Below are positions 19,170-26,920 of a DNA stretch of 64,000 nucleotides, one piece after another. The stretch spans positions 2,706-66,705 of the forward strand of contig JBDGXD010000002.1 in NCBI GenBank assembly GCA_039584755.1. Direction: 5' to 3'. The position numbers and the translations under genes were made by a program. The notes under the pieces were generated by a model. The model was not told the origin of the DNA. It ran no database searches and saw only the letters and a list, made by a program, of their open reading frames with translations. Every line of letters starts with the position of its first letter. Position 1 is the first letter of the stretch. Source of the DNA: Gemmatimonadota bacterium (lineage in GTDB: Bacteria; Gemmatimonadota; Gemmatimonadetes; Gemmatimonadales; GWC2-71-9).

Positions 19170-20075
19170 CTAGCCTGCCATGAAACGATAGACAAGATCA
19201 GACAGATCAGCAATCAATCTGTCGGAAACCGAAGGGTCGTCAACACCTGAGGTCAGTACCACCAACACGTAACGCTCGCCACCGTCCGTGTAGACAATGC
19301 CACCGTCGTGATTGATCCGCGTGATCCTGCCAGTCTTGTGGGCTACGCGCGCGTTTGCCGGTAGGCCAGCGGGGATTCCGGCACTGAATTCCTGCCGAGC
19401 CAGCAGTTCGATCATCCGGCGACAGCTGGAGTCACTCGCTGCTCTCCCTTCAGCAATGGCCCCGAACAGGGATCCCATGTCACTGGCAGTCGTGCGGTTG
19501 TTGATCCCAGCCTCGTACGCCTTGAGATCCTCTACCCCACGTATCAGCATCATGGAGTGGGCCTCGAGTTCGTGGTTCAGCAGCTGGATCCGGTCAGCAC
19601 CCAGATGGTCGATCAAGATGTTTGTCGCCAGGTTGCTGGATACGGTGATCATCAGCTCTACGAGCTCACGCACAGTGGCCCGCTCCCCCAATCGGGCGTA
19701 CAAGGTGGTATCACTGTCTTCCCCGGCACGCAGCACGTATGGAGATCCGTCGACGACTGAGCGGAAAGAACCCGTGACTGTCAGTTCGTCATCCAGTCTC
19801 ACGCGATTGGCATCTACATCACGGAATGCCTGAATCATGACGGATACCTTCATCATGCTTGCAGCGTGGAGCACGACTCCGGCATCGATGGCTAGGGAAT
19901 CACCGCTCTCGAGATCGTGCAAATAGACGGCGACTACTTCCGCGTCGGTCTCGGCGATCCGGTCTTTGAGCGAGGTTTCGAGCTGGCAGACCCGACCTGG
20001 ACCGCAGGCCATTGCAACAACGGAGAGACCGACAACGGTCCTTCCCCACTGCCAGATTGAAGGTCGTATACTCAT
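19170..20075 (-). CDS. Class A beta-lactamase-related serine hydrolase, probable lipoprotein/secreted
   Basis: SxxK motif (ASMMKV), SSN, and a KTG-like AHKTGR. I prefer the start at M30 (20075), which gives a signal/lipobox-like MSIRPSIWQWGRTVVGLSVVAMAC. The ORF-track start at 20162 would share CATG with the divergent kinase gene. Confidence 0.75.
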   Translation of the reverse strand: MSIRPSIWQWGRTVVGLSVVAMACGPGRVCQLETSLKDRIAETDAEVVAVYLHDLESGDSLAIDAGVVLHAASMMKVSVMIQAFRDVDANRVRLDDELTVTGSFRSVVDGSPYVLRAGEDSDTTLYARLGERATVRELVELMITVSSNLATNILIDHLGADRIQLLNHELEAHSMMLIRGVEDLKAYEAGINNRTTASDMGSLFGAIAEGRAASDSSCRRMIELLARQEFSAGIPAGLPANARVAHKTGRITRINHDGGIVYTDGGERYVLVVLTSGVDDPSVSDRLIADLSDLVYRFMAG

Positions 20076-20160
20076 TGGCCCCAATTTACCGTCCTGGTCG
20101 ACCAGCTCAAGCGTCGACTCTGGCGTGAGGGGGCCGAACTCATTATACGTGTGCTTTGCC

Positions 20161-23154
20161 ATGCCCTACTGTCCCGAGTGCTCAGTGTCCGTACCGGCAG
20201 ATGTCGATAGCTGCCCTGCCTGTGGTGCTGCTTTAGAAACGACACCCACTGCCGCGGCCGATACACCCGAGCCACCCAAACTCGACCTTCCGAAGCTCGA
20301 GCAGACGTTGCAGGCTTCGCTGAGCCCGACGTACGAGGTTTTGCGACCACTAGGGTTGGGTGGCATGGGAGCGGTCTTCTTGGCCAAGGAACCGGCTCTC
20401 AAAAGGCTCGTCGCTGTCAAGGTGCTCGCACCGCGACTGGCGGCCGACAAGCGAGCCCGCGTGAGGTTCGAGCGAGAGGCGCGCGCAGCCGCTGCGATTT
20501 CGCACCCCAACGTGGTCCGCGTGTATGCTGTTGGCGAAACGAAACGGACTAAACTGCCCTACATCGTCATGCAGTATGTGGATGGTCCCAACCTCGAGGA
20601 GTGGCGGTTGCGACGTGGTAGGGTTGCGGAGCGCGAAGTGCGTCGCGTGGTCGGCGAGATTGCTGCTGCGCTCAGTGCGGCACACACCCGGGATCTGATC
20701 CACCGGGATGTGAAGCCAAGCAATGTGCTAATCGAGAAGGAGTCGGGGCGGGCGTTTGTTGCCGATTTCGGAGTGAGCGCTGCGCTGTCAGCGGAGGGCA
20801 CCGAGGAAACGAAGCTCACCGAGACGGGGGCACTCATCGGCACACCGCCATTCATGAGTCCCGAACAGTCAGCTGGTCTTGTGCTGACACCAAAGAGCGA
20901 CGTCTACAGCCTAGGGGTTCTAGCATACCAGTTGGTGACTGGCGACCTGCCATATTATGCCAACTCGACAATGGGTTGGGCTGCAGCTCACCTGCGAGAC
21001 ATACCGACACCTACAGCCGAGATGCGGCCCGAACTTTCGCCCGCCGTCGCTCAGATGGTGGACCGCTGTCTCGACAAGTCGCCTGATGAGCGCCCGACGG
21101 CTGACGCGGTCTCTCGGGGAATGCTGCCGTCGCTCGAGTCAGAGATCGAGTGGCCGCCGCCTGGACTGCAGTGGTTGCAGGGACGCGCGCAGGTGGTTAA
21201 CCGGGTGGGATTGGGTGCAGTGATCGGGGCGATTCTCGTGACATTCGCCTTTACCTTCGTTCCAGAAATCCTAGTGGCTCACTCCAGTTGGCTGGGGCGA
21301 TTCCAGCTGGTCACCCAGTTTGCGGAATCGACGTTTCAGTCAGGGGAACGACTGTCCAACGCCGCAGTTCTTTCGATGTTCTTGTGGCAGGGAACTCTCG
21401 TAATCGGCCTCGCAACCTTCATCCTAACCACTCTGGGATTCCTAGGTTCGTCGTTCAGGACCGTGGAGCGGGTTCTGGGGCAGCGTCGTTTGGGATGGTG
21501 CAGCGGCACCCTGTATGACGTACTCACCGACTACGATGGCCGTTCGGGTTTGGTGGTTTCGGGCACTCAGGACTTCGCCTCCCTCAGCGTCAAGCGACGT
21601 CGCTGGATCCTGTTCGCTCGTCGAATCTTTAGCTCCCTCGTTCTCTTTGCCGTGCTGTGGATTGTCGGTTCGTTCGCAATCCGCTCGATACTCATCAGTG
21701 CCGGAATACTCTCTGGGCCAGCTGGTTACAGTCTGTTCGACAGCCGTGACACCATCATCATCCTGCTACCTGGTGCTGTACTGCTCTTTCTCGCTGCGAT
21801 CGTGCGCTTCACGGAACGGCGGCTGCTGGGAGCCCTGGGACGACCCCTTTCATTTGAAGCCGAGCCGGATCTCGTCTCCAATTGGTATTCCAACCTACCT
21901 GAAGGGTACAGTCACTCTCCGGCGCTCCCCTCCGACTACCAGATGAGAAAGACGATCTGGAGCTATCGATCCGCTCAGATCATTCTCTCGATCGTGGCGA
22001 TTGCGCTCGTCGTGAATCTACTAGTGGGTGGATTTGCCGCGTTCAGTGCAGCGAAATTCACTGAGCGATACGGGCCGCGCACAACTACGTTGCTAGCCAC
22101 GCTCCAGCGCATCAACAGTGATGATCCGATTGGTACGGCGAGAGCCGAGTGGACTCGCTATTTGCCGTCCAAGGATGCCACTTCCGCTGCAGTCGCGACG
22201 GGATGGTTGAGTTCACTTATGGCCGGCGGTGACGAGTCGCCGGGGCTCGACGATTTCACGGTCCCTCTGTGGCGGTTTTTTCACGATGACCAGGCGTTTC
22301 TCTCTGTGTTTGACAGAGCGCAGCGGGGCGCGATTCCGGCCGACACCCTCGCATTGTTGGCGGTTGTGACCGCTCACCCGCGCGCACACCAACTCAGGAG
22401 GATCGCGCACTCACCGGCCATTGACTTCGCGGATGCGCTGCCAAGAGACTCGGGCAGTGGGCGTGGGACAGCTTTGCCATCGGCGCGCTACGCCCGCAGG
22501 GTGATCGAAGCTACGCGCGCCAACGCGCTTGGTGCTGTGTTAGATGTTGCGTTGCAACGTCCAGATTCAGCGTTTGCACGCTTGGGCGAGAACGCGGCAA
22601 TTGGAGAACATCTCTTGCGCGTGCCGGACATGCTGATGAACCAGGCAGCATTGTCGCTGCTACGTGATCATGCTCTGAGGCCGCTTGCGTCCCTCGAGCG
22701 GACGCGCAATCGGATAGAACGGTCGGCGCGCTTGGGAAACGCGGCGCAACAGATACAGATCGGAAGCGGTCTTGCAGGAATGGCAGGATTGGCTGTGGAT
22801 CCAACCGACCTCGACCGCTTCGCGTCGGCACTCACCAATCCACGGATTCCGCTGGGTTACAGACTACGTTGGCTGAGCGAAGGCTGGACCGGGCTCTGCG
22901 CCCATCCAAGAGAGATCGTTTTGGGACCAAGCCGCGAACGAGCCGTTGCACTCAATGCGTTGGCAGACTCAATGGAAGACCCACGATACGCCGTTGAGAC
23001 AGCGCAAAGATCAGAAGCGTTGTGGCAGCATCCAGTCACCGCCACCGTGCCCGCCGGAGAAACGGCCAGTCTCTTGAGTCGCTTATCTGAACCCGTTCTC
23101 CTGGGAGCTTTTCACCGACTCGTATTATGCGCCGGACCGGATGATCTGCAATAG
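20161..23154 (+). CDS. Hanks-type Ser/Thr protein kinase with N-terminal zinc ribbon, multi-TM region and large uncharacterised C-terminal domain
   Basis: Start MPYCPECSVSVPADVDSCPACG (CxxC-N12-CxxC). Kinase motifs are GLGGMGAVF, VAVK, HRDVKPSN, DFG and SPEQ, followed by at least 5 hydrophobic helices and about 370 aa of helical sequence. The track start at 19966 was rejected because it overlaps the divergent gene. Confidence 0.85.
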   Translation: MPYCPECSVSVPADVDSCPACGAALETTPTAAADTPEPPKLDLPKLEQTLQASLSPTYEVLRPLGLGGMGAVFLAKEPALKRLVAVKVLAPRLAADKRARVRFEREARAAAAISHPNVVRVYAVGETKRTKLPYIVMQYVDGPNLEEWRLRRGRVAEREVRRVVGEIAAALSAAHTRDLIHRDVKPSNVLIEKESGRAFVADFGVSAALSAEGTEETKLTETGALIGTPPFMSPEQSAGLVLTPKSDVYSLGVLAYQLVTGDLPYYANSTMGWAAAHLRDIPTPTAEMRPELSPAVAQMVDRCLDKSPDERPTADAVSRGMLPSLESEIEWPPPGLQWLQGRAQVVNRVGLGAVIGAILVTFAFTFVPEILVAHSSWLGRFQLVTQFAESTFQSGERLSNAAVLSMFLWQGTLVIGLATFILTTLGFLGSSFRTVERVLGQRRLGWCSGTLYDVLTDYDGRSGLVVSGTQDFASLSVKRRRWILFARRIFSSLVLFAVLWIVGSFAIRSILISAGILSGPAGYSLFDSRDTIIILLPGAVLLFLAAIVRFTERRLLGALGRPLSFEAEPDLVSNWYSNLPEGYSHSPALPSDYQMRKTIWSYRSAQIILSIVAIALVVNLLVGGFAAFSAAKFTERYGPRTTTLLATLQRINSDDPIGTARAEWTRYLPSKDATSAAVATGWLSSLMAGGDESPGLDDFTVPLWRFFHDDQAFLSVFDRAQRGAIPADTLALLAVVTAHPRAHQLRRIAHSPAIDFADALPRDSGSGRGTALPSARYARRVIEATRANALGAVLDVALQRPDSAFARLGENAAIGEHLLRVPDMLMNQAALSLLRDHALRPLASLERTRNRIERSARLGNAAQQIQIGSGLAGMAGLAVDPTDLDRFASALTNPRIPLGYRLRWLSEGWTGLCAHPREIVLGPSRERAVALNALADSMEDPRYAVETAQRSEALWQHPVTATVPAGETASLLSRLSEPVLLGAFHRLVLCAGPDDLQ

Positions 23155-23177
23155 AGACATCAGCTGATACCTGCCCA

Positions 23178-23702
23178 ATGCCAACATCCGTCCACTTCGA
23201 GTATCATCGTCCGGGCAAGGATGTCACTGTCTACGATGAGGAGCTCGTCCTGGACCGCCCAGATGTCAAGGTGTTGTTTCAGAGCAACTTCACGGGAGAC
23301 GATGTATGCGCCGGTGGTTCTGTCATTCTCCAGCACGACGCTCCAATAGTGTGGTTCGTCCTGGTCGGATCCTGGCACGATATCGGCCGGTTTCACCTCA
23401 AAGACGGTTCATTCACCGGATTCTACACAAACCTCTCGCAACCAGTTGAGATCTGCGCTGACAAGTGGATTGGGCGTGACCTCTTCCTCGACCTCTGGCA
23501 GCCGACACAGGGGCAACCCCACTGGTTGGACGAAGACGAATTCGCCGGCGCTGTCAAGGATGGGCTCATCGATGGGGCAACGCGAAGGCGTGTCTTGAAT
23601 GAACGCTCGCTGATCGACCTGCAAGTCAGTAGAGGCGAGTGGCCACCACCGATTGTGAGAGACATAGACCTGGGACAAGTACGCGCGTTGTTGAGCACAT
23701 GA
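23178..23702 (+). CDS. DUF402-family protein (FAU-1 / nucleoside di- or triphosphatase-like)
   Basis: 174 aa with the pattern GFYTNLSQPVEI ... GRDLFLDLW ... LDEDEF, as in DUF402. It starts 23 nt after the kinase's stop. Confidence 0.7.
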   Translation: MPTSVHFEYHRPGKDVTVYDEELVLDRPDVKVLFQSNFTGDDVCAGGSVILQHDAPIVWFVLVGSWHDIGRFHLKDGSFTGFYTNLSQPVEICADKWIGRDLFLDLWQPTQGQPHWLDEDEFAGAVKDGLIDGATRRRVLNERSLIDLQVSRGEWPPPIVRDIDLGQVRALLST

Positions 23703-23830
23703 CGTTACACAGCCAGTGGCAGAGCAGGCAAAGAACCGCCGAAGTCTCGAGTGACCCTGCAACAATTTGATCACACCCGCGTCGATCTGATGTAGTAGCC
23801 ACGCCAGCGCTGGTTTACCGTGGTCCGATC

Positions 23831-26800
23831 ATGCAACAGCGACCCACGATCACCTCGGTTCTCCGGCAGTTGAACACAACGCGGCAGCTGACTCTGCTGT
23901 TTCGACTCCTGGAATATCAACCCGATGATCGACCGTTTGGCGACCGCTGTCAGATCGTGGCTCGATGGAAGGGATTCGAGGTCATTGCGTTGGACAGTGC
24001 GAGGCCGCGAGATGAAGTGCGAGAATTGGCTCGCAGGCTCGCCGGCACCTCCTCTCGAGCACTGGCAGTAGCGGTAGATCCAGCACGAGAGCTGGCTCTT
24101 GCCGCACCTCGATTCGGCCAGCCCGGAACCACGAGGGTCTTGATCATCTCCCTCGAGTCGCCATCACCGTTCGCACTTCAACAGCTCGAACGACTGCGTC
24201 CGGCTCGATCTTCCAGCGCGCTGGGTCACGCGCTCCATGTAGCAGACGTCTTGAGCAGTGAAGAGGTGAGCGACCGATTCTTCACTGCATTTCGCGGGAT
24301 AATGGAGCGAATGGCCGCGTCATTGAGCAAGAACTGGTCAATGGCAGATCGACGCATGGTCACGTTGCTTGCGTTGAACCGCATTCTGTTCTTGTACTTC
24401 GTTCAGGCCAAGCATTGGCTCGATGGCCAGCCCGATTTCCTGTCACGGTTGCTCGATGATTCGCTCTCGTGCGGCGCGGACTTCCACCGCACGGCTCTCG
24501 AACCGCTCTTCTTCGGGACCCTGAACCGTGCACCCCAAGACAGGGAGCAATGCTGCAAATTCGGCGAGATTCCCTATTTGAACGGCGGTCTATTCGAGCC
24601 GCACACAGTAGAACGACGGCTCGGGTCTGTACACTTCTCCAACGAACTGTGGCGCGATGCATTCGACGGTGTCTTCGAACGGTTCAGATTCTGTATCAAT
24701 GAATACGATGAGGTAGACGCCATAGCACCAGACATGCTGGGACGAGCATTCGAGAGGTTGATGGACCATGCAGAGCGTCATGAGACAGGTACCTACTACA
24801 CACCGGAATCGATCGTTCGGCAAGTCGTGGAAGCTGCAATTGAGACTGCCCTGACAGCACACGTTTCCTCTGATGTGGCCCAATCACTCGTCAGGCGACG
24901 CGCACTAACAGCAAAGGATGCACGAGCGTGTCACACAGTTCTCAAGAGGTTGCGCATTCTGGACCCAGCCGTTGGGTCCGGAGCATTCTTGCTCGGTGCA
25001 CTCCAGTCGCTCACGGAGATGAGGTCCAAACTGGCACAACCACGACAAACAGGCAGTGGAGGGCAGCTGAGAAGGGAGATTCTTCAGGAAAACCTGATGG
25101 GAGTCGATCTCAATCCGATTGCAGTGCGACTTGCCGAGTTACGGCTCTGGCTCGCGGTGATAGCCGACGATGCAACCGATGACATTGGCAAGATCATGCC
25201 CTTGCCCAACCTGGATGGCGTCGTACGTCAAGGTGACACTCTGCTGGACCCACTCAGCGCAGCTCAGATGCTGAGTCCTGCCAGCCTCAACTTAGGGGGC
25301 CGCTCGGCGCTTTCAGTGAGTACGGCAAGACGAGCGTTGTTCGACGCGCGGGGCGAGGCTCTCTCGACCAATATGCGCAACCTACGAGCTGCCGAAACTT
25401 TGATGGCATACAGTGTTCTAGACCATGCGATGGAGAACACGGTCCAGGCTACGAACGATCTCGCCAGTGTGGCCCTCAGCAACGATCTGTTCGGCAAGCG
25501 GACCGGTTTGTCCGCCGCTCAGCGCCAGAGACATCGCGCGCTGAAGCGTGTGAGACAAGGTCTGCTGCTTGCTCGCAAGAAGATCACGGAAGGTGAGCTG
25601 CCGTTTTTTGCGTTCGAGGTGCATGCACCTGATATCATGGCGGACGGGGGTTTCGACATGGTGGTCGGGAATCCCCCGTGGGTACGTGCTGAGCGACTGC
25701 CGCTGAATCGGCGGCGCGCTCTACGCAAGCGATTCAGCTGGTGGCGTGGTGACCATGTACGCGGGTTCGCACATCTGCCTGACCTCTCTGTTGCGTTCCT
25801 ACAGCGTTGTCTCGAGTTGACGGCACCCGACGGTGCGGTCGGATTGCTATTGCCCAGCAAGATAACGTCAGCGGCATATGGCGAAACGGCAAGGCGGGCT
25901 CTCGTGAAAGAAACGTCTATTGCATACTTGAATCGCATTGCTGAAAAGGATGCTGCTCGGTTCAAGGCCACGACCTATCCACTGGCCGTTGTGGTTCAGA
26001 AGAAACGGCCGACTAGAGACCACGAGGTGAAGATCGCGTTTACAGAAGATCGCGCAGTCCTACAACGTCTGCTCGATGTTCCCGGATCGTGGATCATACT
26101 TCCGTCGAAAGCCCGCAACGCTATCGATGAGTTTCTTTCTGCCGGTGACTCGTTGGGTAGCATCTCGCCACCCATGTTGGGTGTGAAAACAGGCGCTAAT
26201 GACGTCTTTGTGGGTGAGTTGATCGACTCTCGTGGAGACAGCGCCGTGGTGAAGTTTGGCAATCACAAGACAATGGTCGAGCAGGCGTTACTGAGACCAG
26301 CCCTCCGAGGACGTGACATTCGTCCCTTCATGTCGACGAGCGTCCGTGTCATCCTGTGGACACATGACGGCTCCGGCAGGCCATTACGATCCCTACCGCG
26401 AAAAGCATCACGATACCTCGGTCAAAAGAACGAGCGCCTGCGCTCACGGCAAGACTACCAGAGCGGCCCGACCTGGACCGTCTTCCGGGTGGCCGGTGCG
26501 ATCTCCACCAATCGAGTGGTCTGGTCTGACATAGCACGTTATCCGCGCGCCGTGGCACTAGATGAAGTGAACGCTAGCACCGCAGTCCCACTGAACACGT
26601 GCTATGTAGCGGCCGCACCTGACAGGGAGGTGGCCCTGGCGATCGCAGCAACATTGAACTCAAGCTGGGCGCACGCCTTGTGCTTGGTGAGCGCCGACGA
26701 AGCACGAGGCGGTTACCGGCGTATCAATGCACGCCTCGCAGCTCAGATACCGATTCCTGCCGGCAGCGCTTCCCGTGAAGCACTTGCCGACTTGAGCCGA

Positions 26801-26920
26801 CGGGCTCACCAGCGAGAAGATGTCAACCAAGACCAAGTGGACGAGGCAGTGGCCGATGCCTTGGACCTATCAGGAGCAACCCGAAAAGTCCTCCGGTCTC
26901 TGGCCCCGCATCGAGGCTGA
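23831..26920 (+). CDS. N6-adenine DNA methyltransferase, gamma-class, Eco57I/PglX/type IIG-like with TaqI_C-like specificity domain
   Basis: 1029 aa. It has the helical N-terminal region with IPYLNGGLFE, YYTP, motif I ILDPAVGSGAFL (about 24.96 kb), motif IV NPPW (25670-25681), and a C-terminal region resembling TaqI-type target-recognition domains. I could not see a PD-(D/E)xK nuclease motif. Confidence 0.85.
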   Translation: MQQRPTITSVLRQLNTTRQLTLLFRLLEYQPDDRPFGDRCQIVARWKGFEVIALDSARPRDEVRELARRLAGTSSRALAVAVDPARELALAAPRFGQPGTTRVLIISLESPSPFALQQLERLRPARSSSALGHALHVADVLSSEEVSDRFFTAFRGIMERMAASLSKNWSMADRRMVTLLALNRILFLYFVQAKHWLDGQPDFLSRLLDDSLSCGADFHRTALEPLFFGTLNRAPQDREQCCKFGEIPYLNGGLFEPHTVERRLGSVHFSNELWRDAFDGVFERFRFCINEYDEVDAIAPDMLGRAFERLMDHAERHETGTYYTPESIVRQVVEAAIETALTAHVSSDVAQSLVRRRALTAKDARACHTVLKRLRILDPAVGSGAFLLGALQSLTEMRSKLAQPRQTGSGGQLRREILQENLMGVDLNPIAVRLAELRLWLAVIADDATDDIGKIMPLPNLDGVVRQGDTLLDPLSAAQMLSPASLNLGGRSALSVSTARRALFDARGEALSTNMRNLRAAETLMAYSVLDHAMENTVQATNDLASVALSNDLFGKRTGLSAAQRQRHRALKRVRQGLLLARKKITEGELPFFAFEVHAPDIMADGGFDMVVGNPPWVRAERLPLNRRRALRKRFSWWRGDHVRGFAHLPDLSVAFLQRCLELTAPDGAVGLLLPSKITSAAYGETARRALVKETSIAYLNRIAEKDAARFKATTYPLAVVVQKKRPTRDHEVKIAFTEDRAVLQRLLDVPGSWIILPSKARNAIDEFLSAGDSLGSISPPMLGVKTGANDVFVGELIDSRGDSAVVKFGNHKTMVEQALLRPALRGRDIRPFMSTSVRVILWTHDGSGRPLRSLPRKASRYLGQKNERLRSRQDYQSGPTWTVFRVAGAISTNRVVWSDIARYPRAVALDEVNASTAVPLNTCYVAAAPDREVALAIAATLNSSWAHALCLVSADEARGGYRRINARLAAQIPIPAGSASREALADLSRRAHQREDVNQDQVDEAVADALDLSGATRKVLRSLAPHRG

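Noticed and set aside
19966-20162. ORF-track N-terminal extensions that make divergent gene pairs share a CATG start: kinase versus beta-lactamase-like at 20160-20162, and the hypothetical versus the aconitase gene at 55560-55562.
   Set aside because: Back-to-back start codons would leave no promoter. Internal starts give sensible N-termini (zinc ribbon MPYCPEC at 20161; signal peptide at 20075; GTG at 55705), so the long extensions are probably not translated.
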